NCBI RefSeq assembly: GCF_009834535.1
Contig: NC_045697.1
Span: 64,916,001 to 64,980,000 of the forward strand
Direction of reading: 5' to 3'
Source: Camelus ferus
Taxonomy: Eukaryota
DNA: 64,000 bases
Positions 27,200 to 41,599 of the stretch are shown here, in pieces; position 1 is the first letter of the stretch; every line of letters starts with the position of its first letter. The notes below the pieces were generated by a model that saw only the letters and a program-made list of their open reading frames with translations, ran no database searches and was not told where the DNA came from. The translations under genes and the position numbers were made by a program.

Positions 27200-29580
27200 A
27201 AAAAATCTTTGATTTCTGTGACAGGTACTTCTCTAAGCACTGGGGATATAGTGAAAAAACAGGCAGAGTTCTCTTGCTTGTATGAAGCTACCATTGAATA
27301 GACAAGTAAGTAACTAGTGATGATAATTTCATGTTTTTTAGGTACTATTACAAAAATAAAATAGATAAAGCAATACAGAGTAACTGGGGTGGAGTGTGGT
27401 ATTTCAGATAAAATTGTAAGGAAACCTTTGAAGAAACATTTAAGCCTGAATTGAGGGAATTCACCATGTGAAGATCTGGGTGATGAGTGATGAATGTTCT
27501 AGGCAGAGTTAACGAAAATTTGCAAAGTGCCTGTGTAAGAAAAGAGCTAGATATGTTCAAGGAACAAAAGGAAAGCTGTGTGGATGAAAAAAGGGCATTG
27601 AAGGTAGAAGTCATTCAAGATACTATAGAGTTACTGTATGATGCAGCAGCCCCACTCTTGGGCATGTATCCAGAAAAGATGAAAAGTCTATTTTGAAAAG
27701 ATACACGTGCTCCAACGTTCATAGCAGCATTATTTACAATAGTCAAGATATGGAAGCAACCTAAGGGTCCATCAACAGATAAATGGATAGAGAAGGTGTT
27801 GTATACATATATATATATAATGGAATATTAGCCATAAAAAGAATGAAATATTGTCATTTGCAACAACATGGATGGACTTAGATATTATTATACTGAGTGA
27901 AGTCAGTCAGACAGAAAAAGGGAGATAGTATGTGATATTATGTGTATGTGGAAACTAAAAAATAATACAAATGAACTTACAAAACAGAAACAGACTTACA
28001 GACTTAGAAAACAAATTTATGGGTGGGGGGAATTAGGAGTATAGGATTAACAGATACACACTACCATACATAAAATAGATAAACAAGAAGGATTTACTTC
28101 ATAGCACAGGGAACTATACTCAATATCTTGCAATAACCTACAATGGAAAGGAATCTTAAAAAGAATATTTATGTGTGTGTGTGTATATATATATATATAC
28201 ACACTTTGCTGTATACCAGAAACTAACACAATGTTGTAAATCAATTGTACTTCAATTTAAAAATATATTATCATGAAAGTACTCAGGAGCCATTCATGTA
28301 GGAATCTTGCATTTAATTTCATTCTAAGCGTAAGTCATTGCAAGAATTAATTTTAAGTAGTGAAATGGCATCATCGTGTTTACATATTTTTAAAATTATT
28401 CAGGTTTTGCATGGAGAATGAACTGTAGAATGCATAAGTTTTACAAAATTCAGTAAGGAGGATATTGGTTTATCTATTCCAAAGATGTTGGTGGAGTGAA
28501 AAGGATACTGTGAAGATGTGGAAGAGTAGTCAAAATTTCCTTTGGGGATAGACATCTTGATAAACTGTGAATGTTGAGAAAAATGGAAACGTCCCAGATG
28601 CTAGGGACTGCTTTTGTTTTCTCCTTTATCTTATCAAATGAGAGCTGAGAAGAAATTAGCTGTGCATATTATTTGAATCCAGGGGTGGAAGTCAGTTCAG
28701 AATATGTAAAATTGGAAGTCATCAACATAAAAATCATGTTTAGAGTCATGAGAATAGATGACATCATCTATTGAAAGGATTATAATATAGAAGAGTAGAT
28801 AGTCATAGATTCAGCTAAAGGGCCACTAACACTTAGAGTTGACTGATTGGAGGAAGAAGAGCCAGGAAATGTCACTTACAAGAAGTGACCATTGAGGCAG
28901 AATGAAAAGCAGAAAACTATTGTTTCCTGGAAGCCAAGAAACTGTATTTTTATGAGACAGTGGTCAACTGTGTCATGTGCTGCTGAAAAGTTGAATAAGT
29001 GATAAAAAGGATCAACAACTGGATTTAAGCAAGACAGAGATCTCTGATGACCTTTGCAACAAAATTTTAGTGGGATTAGTGGGGCAAATTCCCAACAGGA
29101 AGTAGCTTGAAAAGAAAAAGAGTGTGTATGTGGCACGGGTCAGGTGGGTGGAGGTCAAAAAGAATTGGCAAAAACTGACAATCCCTTTTGAGATGTTTTT
29201 CTGTGAATGGAAGCAGAGAAGCAAAAGAGGAACACAGTACCAAGAGAAGACTTAAAAAGAAAAAAAAAATGCAAAGGTGGTCACTGATGAATATAAGACA
29301 GAGAACAGATAACTGCAGGACCTAAGGCCTTGAGTGGATGAGGTGATGGGATCCAGAGTACATATGCATCAGATACTCTTAGATAAGTTAAGTTCAATAA
29401 GGAGGTCAGATTCAAACTTAAATGTAGGTAGACTGGCAGATCTGGTGTTGGGAAAGAGATCTGTTCTCTTTTGATTGCTTCTCTTTTTTCCAAAGTGTAA
29501 GTCATAATCATCAGCTGAGAACAGGGGGATAAGTGTTAGATTTTTGAAGACCAAGATTTGATAAAATTATCTCAGGGAAT
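27200..29580 (-). mobile_element. L2 LINE (3' part including RT remnant), split by an L1 fragment
   Basis: Minus-strand peptide FNFSAAHDTVDHCL matches the L2 RT motif DLSAAFDTVDH; L2-type 3' region near 27220-27600. Confidence 0.75.
27620..28266 (+). mobile_element. L1 3' fragment (ORF2 C-terminus + 3'UTR)
   Basis: IELLYDAAAPLLGMYPEK, GTTCATAGCAGCATTATTTACAATAG, 3'UTR ATAGCACAGGGAACTATACTCAATATCTTG, A-rich end. Confidence 0.9.
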
Positions 29581-31201
29581 GGAAATGAAGAAGAATGAAC
29601 TGGTGAGATGCAGAATGCATCGGTGCCTTTTTTTTTTTTTTTCTTTTTTTCTTTTTTGCTTTCAGATGGGATGGTGTCCTGTGGTTATTTGGAAACTGAC
29701 AATAGCATCTGTATTTTAAATTTTGTTAAATAAATTTTGATGTGAAACCAGATAGCATAGTTAATAAATGAGATCTTTTGTGACTAATAAGCCTGACTTC
29801 AACATACTAAATTCCTTAAGCCTATAAGTGTCAACTTCTTTATGTACTCAGTAGGGATGATATCTTTTGGGTAAAGAGCTTGAGTTTAAATCTTGACTTC
29901 ACTGCTGACTAACTGAGAGGCCCCTGGGCCTCTGGCTATTCACTTATCTGAAAAACTATCTGAAAAATTAAAATAAAAATAGATTCAAATAATAATATCA
30001 TTGTGAAGATTAAAAAAGGTAAACCCTTTATACATGTCCACTCTCTTAATTGGGCAATGCTCCATGAAAATTATCTGTCAATAACAGTGGTAGCAGTATT
30101 TGTGCTACTCAGAATCCAGTACTTGATAGTTGTATATTCATGGCCATGGAGGTTTATGTTTACTTACTGCATTTTAGTCAAAGTATTTTGTCTTATTCCA
30201 ATATTATTTGAATCCCTAAGGGATACATTTAACCTATATATATTGAAAAGTGGTCCTATACTTTTGATCACATGTGAAATTTAGCAGTCTATTTTTAAAC
30301 TATATGTTAGATAAAAGCAAAAGAATGGGGGAATTTGGTACAAAAACTCCATTCTGAAAACAGATATGGAACATTTAAGATAAATTAGTCTTTCTAGTAG
30401 GATCAAAAAATGGTTTTGATTTAATTTAAAAATTTTAGTTCCTTTGAATAACTACCTGTCAAGAGGTCTACCAGCAAAAGAAAACATTTTGATTGTCTAC
30501 TCTAGGGACAGGATTCAAGAAAACACATAGAATTATTGGGAAAGCTCAGTTGGCTGTGCTAGTTAGAAAGAAGCCATATCTTAAAATGTCATTCCTTCCG
30601 TCTCTTCATAAACAAACAAGTAGTGATTTTTTCATTGGAGATCAGTAAGACCTCCAATAAAATCTGGACTTTCAAATCTGCACCACCTTCCCTTTATGAC
30701 ACTATCTCCCTAAATTTTATTTTTATATAACCTGTATTCCTGTCAGATTGGCTTGTTGCTTGTTCTCTGACTGGTCCCATTTCACATTTACTTGCATAAC
30801 TTTTCTTTTTTATGTATAACAGTGTTCTTTATACCTTAATATTTTCCCCTCCTCTCCTCATACTAAAATCCTATTTATTTTTATAGCCCTAAATCAATGC
30901 AAAGGTAATTTCCCCAATCCTTCGCATATGCTAATAGCCTAACCTTTTCTATGTATTTATTGCTTCTGATTTTTATATTAGATATGTCTCTAAATAGTTA
31001 GTATTATGAGGTAATTAAGTGTGTTAACTGATAGCAATATACTTAATGTTAAGAGTAATATTAAGTATATTTTATATGTGTACATATATAGTATCTATGC
31101 TGGCAAGTTTCTGGAGAGAGAAATTTGTATTAAGAGGCTTGAGTTCATCTACCAATGGTAATTTATACATAGAATGTGTCTAAATAATATTTGAAGAAGC
31201 A

Positions 31202-31597
31202 TGTGTTATGGATGCTATGCTGTACCAACATAGACTGTTCAGAACTAAAAGATTTCTTTCCCTAGCTGGTGGGAGATTGTCTAGCCAAAAGCTCTCAGCT
31301 CTTTTTGGGAAATGCTTTGGCTGAATGGCGCTCAGTTAGGTTATTTCCACATCCAATGACTGGTCACCCTGGGAGGAGAGAGACACAACCCCTTTACCCG
31401 ACCCAGACAACTCTCCTATGCCATCCTAGCCCCAGATCTCCCTGAGGGTTGGCCAAGGCCTGTGACTGCACCACAGCTTCACAGCTCTGTCCATTCCTGT
31501 TCCTTCTCATGCACCCCAAGTTGGGTACCCTAATAAATCTCTCACTTTCACATCTTCATTTCATAGTCTATTTCCGGGGAGACCTCAACCTATCCAT
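31202..31597 (+). mobile_element. ERVL solo LTR (LTR16-like)
   Basis: Start TGTGTTATGGATGCTATG, CTAGCCCCAGATCTCCCTGAGGGTTGGCC, CCCTAATAAA poly(A) signal, end TCTATTTCCGGGGAGACC. Confidence 0.7.
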
Positions 31598-33734
31598 GGC
31601 AGCCAGAAAGAACTGTTACAGACTAAAAAGCACATTTTTATGTTACGCTATTTTCCAAGCTTTTTGAATCGCATCTGCTATTAGGTAACGACGCTTTGAT
31701 CTTAGTTTGTTCTTAAAAAATATACAGATAGCTATGAGTACACTTGATCATGAAGTTCTAGGTGATCAAGTTTTGTTGTGACTAACATTCATTAAAAAAA
31801 CAGGTTATTACAATAATAGGATGCAATAGTCTTTAAGTATTCATGATGCTAGGCAATTGGTTATATGGAGAAGTGGCTAAATTGTCCTTATTAATTAAGA
31901 CCACTCTATGGCAACTCTACATGAACCTCTATTCTATGTATTGAATTAGTGCCCATTTTAACTTTATTTTATACTGGATCCAATACTTCTATCCAAACTT
32001 TGATCACTGCAAACCTTAGTGAGAAAAAAAGATTTTCTAGAGTTGGGTTTTCGCTTGCCTTATGCTAGAATGTATTCATACTAAAGAAAGATCACATTAT
32101 TTTCTCTAAATTGTGATTAACTATTCTTGTGTGGACTTTTATAATAGACAACTACTGATTAAATTAGAGTAGGAAATTAACAACCACCCATTTATGCTGT
32201 TTCACTGTATTTTCAGATTTTCATTCTTTGCTCTGCTTTCTTCATAGCTCTATTTACTCAGATATAAGACATAGTATTTGAGGCCTTTATGAGAAAGTGT
32301 TTGTGATGATGGTAGACAGTTCACATGTGCTTGAGCTCATAGCCTCAAGGGTTATGGGGGTCAAAAGTGACCAAATATTTTGTGTCTAAGTGCCACTAAA
32401 ATGCAGACTTCAAAGAATCTGTCTTGCTGCATATCTTGACCCTTATTCTGTGTCAGTGGTCTTTGGAGTGTGAGGGACACTGTGTGTGCATGTGCTTTGA
32501 TGGCAACTGCAGGGCTCACAGAGAAGGCCTTATGAAATATGAATAGACTAACCCCTCCACTCCCAGTACCTTCCCTTCCTTCTCTTCTATCAAAAATGCA
32601 CAGCTGGTGAGGAGAGATAAAATACAACTAGGAACTGAAATCTGCCATTTCCTCAGCCAGGGATTCTAAGAAAGTATCCTGTCATTGAAATAAAGAAAAT
32701 GCCAAGTTCCTGACTTTTACTTGAAGAAATAAAATAAAATTTAAGCTTTCTATATGACAAATGGTAAGTTTTAATGGTGCTTTTATGGTCCTGTCCAGGT
32801 TAATATTAAGACTGATCTCTTACTCTGATTAAATATATTAAATCCATGTTATAGTGCGTATATATGAGTATCTTACTTGACTTCTAAATAGAGTGAGCTT
32901 TAATGTAGATTCAAATAATAATCCTTTAAATTCAGTAGAATCTTTAATCTTTCACTTAATCCTAATTCTGTTTTTCCTTATTAAAATAAAAATTATTACA
33001 TACTTTTATTTTAGAAATTTACTCTATTAAAATTGACCTTATTAATATGTTTACATAAACTTCTTTAGTCACCTGTCTACAGATTCCATAACTCAAATTC
33101 AGAAGATTAAATATAATGAAATCAAAAAGAATAATGAATTAATTAATTTAAAAAAACAAAATATAATGAAATCATAAATCATAGAACTCCCTCAAAGAAT
33201 CATGCAAGTTCTCTGTCTATTTTTGCATACAATTCTACCCACACTGCCTTGAGATCCATTCATATTTGTTGAATGCATGAAGACTTTTTTAAAAAGTAGA
33301 CAGGACAGAAGATACTTAAATTATAATGCAGCTATATATGATTACTATATCCTGAAACCTTAGAGTCTTTAAGTAAGACTAACAATAGGGCATTTTGTCT
33401 AGTCACCAAGACCTTGCTGCTCGTTGTTTCTTCCCAACTCTGACCAATATCTTACTCTGTCTCCATGTCTTCTTCTCATATACCATTTTTCTCTTCTAAC
33501 AAGTGTTACTAAGTTCCCTACAGTGTTATTGAGGTGTTGTGTTGTACAAGTATGGGCTGGTGGTTACTGGTGGCTGAAGAATACTATGAGAAGACTTTGA
33601 GTGGATATAAAACTACTAAGGCTTTTCCCCCCTTAAATCTAGGTAGGTTACAGGAAAACATCAGCTTTTGTTTTTACTGTTGTAACAATCTATAACTTTT
33701 ACTGAACTAGAATAAACTTAAAGATATTTTATTT

Positions 33735-34300
33735 ATGTATTCAACAAATGTTTTATATATAATTCTAAGTTGTAGTCATTGTTCTAAGTTTATCATTAAT
33801 GGTATAAAGGAAACAAATGGTGGAAGGAAGGAAAAGGGAAGGAAGTCAGTGAGTGTTAGGTGCTATGAAATATAAGACAGAAGAAGAAGTGTAATAAGGC
33901 AGGGTGATATGTGTACTGTAATTTTGTTTAGAATGGTTACAAAAGACACTTTTTAATTTTTAATGAGTAGAGATGTGAATTATGTGAGGGAGTCAGGTAC
34001 AGAGTTATTGATAGTTTTTCAAGAAAGGTAATAGCAAATGCAAAGACCCTGAAGCAGGAACATGCTTACTCAGGGGTAGAAAAGGGGCCAATGAGGGTCA
34101 CAACACAGTGAAAGAGGGAGAGAGTTGGTAGATGGGACCAAATTACAAGGCACCTTGAAGGGCTTGAAGACTTTGTATTTTACTCTGAGTAAGATTAGAA
34201 AACATTTTGGGTTCTAAAGAGGAAAGAGATAAAATCTTATTTAAATTTTAAAAGAATCACTCTGGTTGTTGAGTGGAGAATGGAAAATAAGAGATAGCAT
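33735..34300 (-). mobile_element. L2 3' fragment
   Basis: TATTCAACAAATG tail; GCAAATGCAAAGACCCTGAAGCAGGAACATGCTT; TTTTACTCTGAGTAAGAT. Confidence 0.7.
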
Positions 34301-35135
34301 AAAATTTATATTGTTCTTATTTAAAAAAAGATTAGAGGCAGGAATTCTAGCATGATAGGGTGGACACCTTAGGGAACTAGGCTTCTTAGATCTTTCTCCC
34401 CTAATATTCTCTGCATGTGGCATCACCTCATTGTTCAAGATGGGTGTGATTGTTCCAGCCCTCACGTCTATGTTCTAGCTTTTCCTTTAAAGACTTTTCC
34501 TAGAATTTACATCTGACAGTTCAGCATCACACCATTAGCCAAAATTGAGTCCCATGATCTTGCCTAACTGAGGGAGGCTAGAAGATACGTTCTTTAACCT
34601 GGCTCTTTATTTGCCTAGTCAAAGTTTTTAAAAAATATATGAATGAACGAGATGTTCCTTCATTTAAATTGTTCTCTTACTGAATGATGAGGGAAGCATC
34701 CCAAACAGGACAAAGAAGGACAACCAAAAATTGAGACTCTTTCTATTTAAATAACTGAAGTTCAAGCTCAGTATCTTAGAATTTGGTCTTTGGAATTTCA
34801 GCCTATGTATAGTTTAGTGGTCCGTAATTCAGAATGCGAATCTTCTCTCACTCTTCACTATCAGCTCACATTTTCTTGCTAGCTCTACAGTGTCATGCAA
34901 ATCATTCTTGCAAACTTTGGGGCCTCATATACTTCTTTAAAGGAGCTTTCTCTAGCCACAGATTGAATCATTACACCTTGTATTACTCCCTAATATCTGT
35001 ATTTTTCCTTTGTAGAACATAGCACAATTTGTATTTTTATATATGTAGAAGTATTTTGTTAATATCTGTCCCTGTTAATAGGCTCTAAAAGACATGAGTG
35101 GGATCCATGTCTTTTTAGTCCATCAATGTATTCTT

Positions 35136-37630
35136 TTTTTTTTTAACATTTTTTATTGATTTATAATCATTTTACAATGTTGTGTCAAATTCCAGTGTTC
35201 AGCACAATTTTTCAGTTATTCATGGACATATACACACTCATTGTCACAGTTTTTTCTCTGTGAGTTATCATAACATTTTGTGTATATTTCCCTGTGCTAT
35301 ACAGTGTAGTCTATTCTACAATTTTGAAATCCCAGTCTATCCCTTCCCACCCTCCACCCCCCTGGTAACCACAAGTCTGTATTCTCTGTCTGTGAGTCTA
35401 TTTCTGTCCTTTATTTACGCTTTGTTTTTGTTTGTTTGTTTGTTTTTGTTTTTGTTTGTTTAGATTCCACATATGAGCGATCTCATATGGTATTTTTCTT
35501 TCTCTTTCTGGCTTACTTCACTTAGAATGACATTCTCCAGGAGCATCCATGTTGCTGCAAATGGCATTATGTTTTCGGGTTTTATGGCTGAGTAGTATTC
35601 CATACCACATCTTCTTTATCCAGTCACCTGTTGATGGACATTTAGGCTGTTTCCATGTTTTGGCTATTGTAAATAGTGCTGCTATGAACATTGGGGTGCA
35701 GGTGTCATCCTGAAGTAGATTTCCTTCTGGATACAAGCCCAGGAGTGGGATTCCTGGGTCATATGGTAAGTCTATTCCTAGTCTTTTGAGGAATCTCCAC
35801 ACTGTTTTCCATAGTGGCTGCACCAAACTGCATTCCCACCAGCAGTGTAGGAGGGTTCCCCTTTCTCCACAGCCTCTCCAGCATTTGTCATTTGTGGATT
35901 TCTGAATGACGGCCATTCTGACTGGTGTGAGGTGATACCTCATTGTAGTTTTGATTTGCATTTCTCTGATAATTAGTGATATTGAGCATTTTTTTCATGT
36001 GCTTTTTGATCATTTGTATGTCTTCCTTGGAGAATTGCTTGTTTAGGTCTTCTGCCCATTTTTGGATTGGGTTGTTTATTTTTTTCTTATTGAGTCGTAT
36101 GAGCTGCTTATATATTCTGGAGATCAAGCCTTTGTCGGTTTCACTTGCAAAAATTTTCTCCCATTCCGTAGGTTTTCTTCTTGTTTTATTTCTGGTTTCC
36201 TTTGCTGTGCAGAAGCTTGTAAGTTTCATTAGGTCCCATTTGTTTATTCTTGCTTTTATTTCTTCTAGGAGAAAATTTTTGAAATGTATGTCAGATAATG
36301 TTTTGCCTATGTTTTCCTCTAGGAGGTTTATTGTATCTTGTCTTATGTTTAAGTCTTTAATCCATTTTGAGTTGATTTTTGTATATGGTGTAAGGGAGTG
36401 TTCTAGCTTCATTGTTTTACATGCTGCTGTCCAGTTTTCCCAACACCATTTGCTGAAGAGACTGTCTATATTCCAATGTATATTCTTGCCTCCTTTGTCA
36501 AAGATGAGTTGACCAAAAGTTTGTGGGTTCATTTCTGGGCTCTCTATTCTGTTCCATTGGTCTATATGTCTCTTTTGGTACCAATACCATGCTGTCTTGA
36601 TGACTGTAGCTCTATAGTATTGTCTGAAGTCTGGGAGAGTTATTCCTCCAGCCTCTTTCTTTCTCTTCAGTAATGCTTTGGCAATTCTAGGTCTTTGATG
36701 GTTCCATATGAATTTTATTATGATTTTTTCTAGTTCTGTGAAATATGTCCTGGGTAATTGGATAGGGATTGCATTAAATCTGTAGATTGCCTTGGGCAGT
36801 GTGACCATTTTAACAATATTGATTCTTCCTATCCAAGAGCATGGAATATCTTTCCATTTTTTAAAGTCTTCTTTAATTTCCTTCATCAATGGTTTATAGT
36901 TTTCTGTGTATAATTCTTTCACCTCCTTGGTTAGATTTATTCCCAGGTATTTTATTACTTTGGGTGCTATTTTAAAGGGGATTGTTTCTTTACTTTCTTC
37001 TTCTGTTGATTTATCGTTAGTGTAAAGAAATGTAACTGATTTTTGAACGTTAATTTTGTAACCTGCTACCTTGCTGAATTCTTCAATGAGCTCTACTAGC
37101 TTTTGTGTGGACCTTTTAGGGTTTTCTATATATAGTAACATGTCGTCGGCATATAATGACACTTTTACCTCTTCTTTTCCAGTTTGGATCCCTTTTATTT
37201 CTTTCTCTTGCCTGACTGCTGTGGCTAGGACTTCCAGGACTATGTTGAATAGGAGTGGTGATAGTGGGCATCCTTGTCTTGTCCCAGATTTTAGTGGGAA
37301 GCTTTTGAGTTTTTCACCGTTGAGTACTATGCTGGCTGTAGGTTTGTCATATATAGCTTTTATTATGTTGAGATATGTTCCCTCTATACCCACTTTGGCG
37401 AGAGTTTTTATCATAAATGGGTGTTGAATTTTATCAAATGCTTTTTCTGCATCGATTGAGATGATCATGTGGTTTTTGTCCTTTCTCTTGTTGATGTGAT
37501 GTATTACAGTGATTGATTTGCGTATGTTGAACCAGCCTTGTGTGTCCCTGGGATGAACCCCACTTGGTCATGATGTATAATCTTTTTTATGTGTTGTTGG
37601 ATTCTATTTGCTATAACTTTGGTGAGGATT
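35136..37630 (-). mobile_element. Young 5'-truncated L1 (2.5 kb) with perfect 17-bp TSD, inserted in an L2 tail
   Basis: TSD TCCATCAATGTATTCTT at 35119-35135 and 37631-37647; poly(A) (poly-T on +) at the left end; ORF2 homology throughout. Confidence 0.98.
35460..37630 (-). pseudogene. L1 ORF2 RT and C-terminal domains (526-aa open stretch, 5'-truncated, a few frameshifts)
   Basis: [39 protein letters not shown], Cys-rich CWRGC..HCWWEC; frameshifts near 37541, 35990 and 35603. Confidence 0.97.
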
Positions 37631-37752
37631 TCCATCAATGTATTCTTGATTGTTGCTAGATCAGTGCCTGATGTGTAGTTGTTTATTAGACATTTGTTGA
37701 GTAAATTAACATCTGCATAAATGAATTCATAATTTTCATACTAGAAATTCTA

Positions 37753-37862
37753 GTAGTAATTGTAGTAGAAATCAAATCAAAGAGATTGGATTTAAAGGTC
37801 TTAATTGCAGTAGTAAATATAATGTAAATCAAGCCAATGGGATTAGATTTAAAGGTCTTAAT
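37753..37862. repeat. Diverged 57-bp tandem duplication
   Basis: Two copies ending GATTTAAAGGTCTTAAT at 37805 and 37862. Confidence 0.85.
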
Positions 37863-39669
37863 ATCCAAAGCCCAGGAGACTGGAAATTCCTTGGAATCAT
37901 TTTAATTAATATATCAAATCTATTAGAAGAATTTGTGCATAATACACATTGCTTCTGTATATGTAACCATCATCATATCTCATTATCTCTGTATAACACT
38001 CTATGAATTTGTGAGCTTGGAAAGCTACAAACTAAGCAGCAAAACTTGATCATATTTTACAGATCTAAATAATACTTCTTATAGTATTTGGAAATATATG
38101 AAGTAATCTGAAAAAAGTACCTTCCCATACTTTCAATCTTATACTAGTTTTCTTTTGGTATTAAGTTTATATAAAGAACTTAGATAAAAACAAAAAGTTG
38201 TCAGTCATCAGTATATATGCCTTTATTTGTTAGAGATTTAAGAAGTTGTAGAATACTAGCAGCTAATTTCAGAGGAAGGTCACGAACATAAAATAAATTA
38301 CTTGGACAAGTTTAAGCATTATTTTTCATTAAGAGTCAATATCCAAGGTCATTATTACGTGCATTCTTGTAAATACATGTTATGAGTAAGGATTAACAAA
38401 ATGCATTTGGAAGTTTTCGTTGATCTTTAAGAAAAGGACCGTTGCTACTATTTAATAAAGCGGAGAGCTTGTCTGATTTGTGAGGCAGAGGTTTTTTGTT
38501 TTTTGTTTTTTTTTTTTTTTTTTGGGAGTCCTGTCAGGTGTGCAGATAGTTGATAGCTCCTCACAGTCAGCCTGACACTTTTAGGTAGAGGTTTACTGTA
38601 GCATACAAGAAACAGTGGCCTGTGATACAGCCAAATGACTGCTAAAATGATATGAAAAGAGATTTCAATTCTTTATGGCACTACTAATGTACCTGAAAGT
38701 TTAAAAGTGCATTTTAGTAGTTGTGAAAGGATCCGAATAGAAAGACTGGTGCTCTCACTTTATCCACCTCAGCTCTCAGCACAGAGAGGCATCCTCTTGA
38801 TTGCTATCATCACTTGCAATGGAAACTCAAGGGATGTACAAGATTACTTTATTCTCAATTTAATCTTGGCCATCTCTGTTTGATCCTTGCCTCTCTGCTG
38901 TGATTTAAATTTAGTGGAGTTCAAGAGAGAAATTTTATTTTCATATGCACTTCTGTAGATACTGACCTAGAAAGAGACTGGCATTATATGCCTTAGTCAT
39001 CTGATTTGCATACTGATTCTCTCTCACTACCAGCTTGAGCAACATTTGACTGGTGAGCTCCAGCAGATAGGTTTCATTGCCTACTGTCAATGCAGATGAA
39101 CCTCTGACTTATAGAGCTACATTTCCCTGAAAAAGCTATTGTAAGTTCAAATAACATTAGTCAAATTAAATTTTCTCCCAGAAAAATATCACAAAATATT
39201 TTTGAAGACCTGATAGTCAACCTTCTCTAAACAAAGACTTTCATGAGGGTTGGGACTTTATCATTAAGTGAATTGAATAGAGTGATATATCTGTACAGCA
39301 CAAGATTTTTCTACAAGTCATGTATATATATGTCATATATATATAGATATGGTTTAAAGAGCAATGCATTGCCAGTCATAGAAAAATGTATTCCATGTGA
39401 TTAAAAATAATCATTGTGTATCAAAGACGTGGCTTCCTGTCTTGCAAAGCATCTGAATAGTTGCTGATCCTAAAGAGATAACTTAATCTCTCTCATCATA
39501 AGTGACATCTATTAATCTGGTTAAAAAATACTTATTTCACAGGTTGGTTAAAGGTGTTGAATATCAGCTGAGCATTAAGTAAGACTGAACTAGGTTTATA
39601 TCTCAGTGCTATTAATTAGTAAGTGAGACCCCAGATGATTTATTAAGAATCTTTATGTCTCATTGCTAA

Positions 39670-40080
39670 TTGTCGCCAGTATTCATTCTCTTATTCTTCT
39701 TTGATAATCATTCAGCTTCCCTTGGACCCAGAAAAAGTAATAAGACTAAGTTATGGCCAGTGGGGTGTGAGAGGAAGTGATGTAGGCACATTCTAGATCT
39801 CACTCTTTTAAAGTAACTCCTTGCCCTCCACTGCTCTTATAACCTTCCAGTGGGCTGGAATGTGGACATTGTGGTCAAGACCTCACTTCAGCCATACCAA
39901 TGAAGGCAATACCCTGAAGATGACAGAACCACTGAATGGAAAGAATCTGGGTCCCTGATGATCTTGTGAAACAAAGTTGCATTCCTTACCTGACTGTAGC
40001 TCTGGGATGAGAAACGTCTATCTATTCAAGCTATTGGAGTTTTGTGTCCCTTTGTTACAGTAGCTTGACCTATAGCCAGA
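39670..40080 (+). mobile_element. MaLR LTR (MLT1I/J-like) inserted in a MIR
   Basis: GACTAAGTTATGGCCAGTGGG..GGAAGTGATGT and GGAAAGAATCTGGGTCCCTGATGA; MIR halves at about 39570-39670 and 40085-40260. Confidence 0.75.
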
Positions 40081-41599
40081 TAGTAGTGACCTTGAAGAGG
40101 GGGCTAGATTTCCCCAAGTTTTAGTTTCATAATCCATAAAATTGAGATAGTAATAGTACCTATTCAAAGAATTATTTTGAAGACAAAATAGTTACTGTAT
40201 ACAAACCATTTAAAATAGTAGCTGGCACATAATTAGTATTCATTAAATGTTAGCTATGTTTTTTTTATTCTGTGAATTATTAATTTAACTGTTTTTTGTG
40301 TACTTTAAAACCTATTAAGTGAAATATTTTTATCTTAGTAAAGCATAAGGAGCAATACTGAAAAAAAAATTAATGGTTGAAAAAACACCTTTAATTTCAA
40401 TGCCATGAAATCAAATAGTTTTTATTTTTAACCACAAAACATTTTCAAGAAATTTCCTGTGATAAGTTTTTGGCTTTTTTGAGAAGTTATTACACAGACT
40501 TCTGCTTTGCTGGTATTGTATGTGTGTTCATGTGTGCATAGGTGTGTTTTGCATTGAAAATTTTCCTCTAGCACATCAAGTCACAATCCTTTGAAAAAAA
40601 ATATATCTTTCAGTTTCCATAACTGCCAGTTATTCATGACTGGTAGTTTTATCTGTTACCTTGACGTCATGTGATTATTCCAAACTGTGGTTCCCTTTTA
40701 CACATCACTGTGTTTTGCAAAACAAAAAGAAAAAAATTCTGTCATTTTCTCTTGAATGTCTGAATTCTTTTAGCATGGCATTATACTTTTCAGCTTAGCT
40801 ACTAGTTGTAAAAATGATCATTATACACAATGACCATTTTTCTGGATTAATAAATCTGTTATTTACTTTATGTCACATTTTATTTTCAAAGTGTGTTCTT
40901 TACAACTGTAACCCTGAGAGATAGTCCATGAAGACTGCATTCTGTTGTTCTCTTGTCAAGGAAAAGTTTGAAATACTGTGATTGTGTTCCTTTTTAAAAG
41001 AGATACCCAACATACATTAGGTATTAAAGTCTGTGCATAATTCTAAAAGACAAAACATATTTTGGTTTAACCCAGTTTCCCCAAACATATTACTGAGATA
41101 CATTGCTTTATAAAGAACTTATTAACCTCTGAGAACTGGTTTTGTGGATTCCACTTTGAGAAAAAATTTTCCCAAGAGATTGTAATCACTAGAATCACAA
41201 GAAGTACTATTATCCCTTCCTCATTACCACAGCCATAATCACTCCCTTTCCTCTGTGCTGCTAGAGCACTCTTACTTTGCTCTGCTTTCCACACTTTGTC
41301 TTATATTTAAAATTCTTCTGGATTTGTCATTCCCTATATAGATTGTGAGCTCATTTAAAGTAGTACTATTGTTTTTCCTTCCATCTATCATTGTGCTTTG
41401 CTTGATACAACGTAACTGGTGGTTGATTAGTAATTTTTTATGTATTTCATTCTTTTTATTTGAGTGGAAAACATACAGTTTTAAGAAAAAATTATATATT
41501 AAGACTTAATAAGTGTTAACTTTCAAATGGTCTAAGTTGTTGATTGTGCACATAATTCCTCCATTGGCTATAGCTTTTATGAAGCTTTATTAGAATCTC

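Noticed and set aside
11884..27620. Idea that the L1 tail at 27620 is the missing end of the L1 ending at 11884
   Set aside because: They are 16 kb apart with older repeats between, there is a gap in ORF2 coordinates, and the tail sits within its own L2 host.
35976..37427. Plus-strand ORFs of 65-178 aa
   Set aside because: Antisense frames of L1 ORF2.
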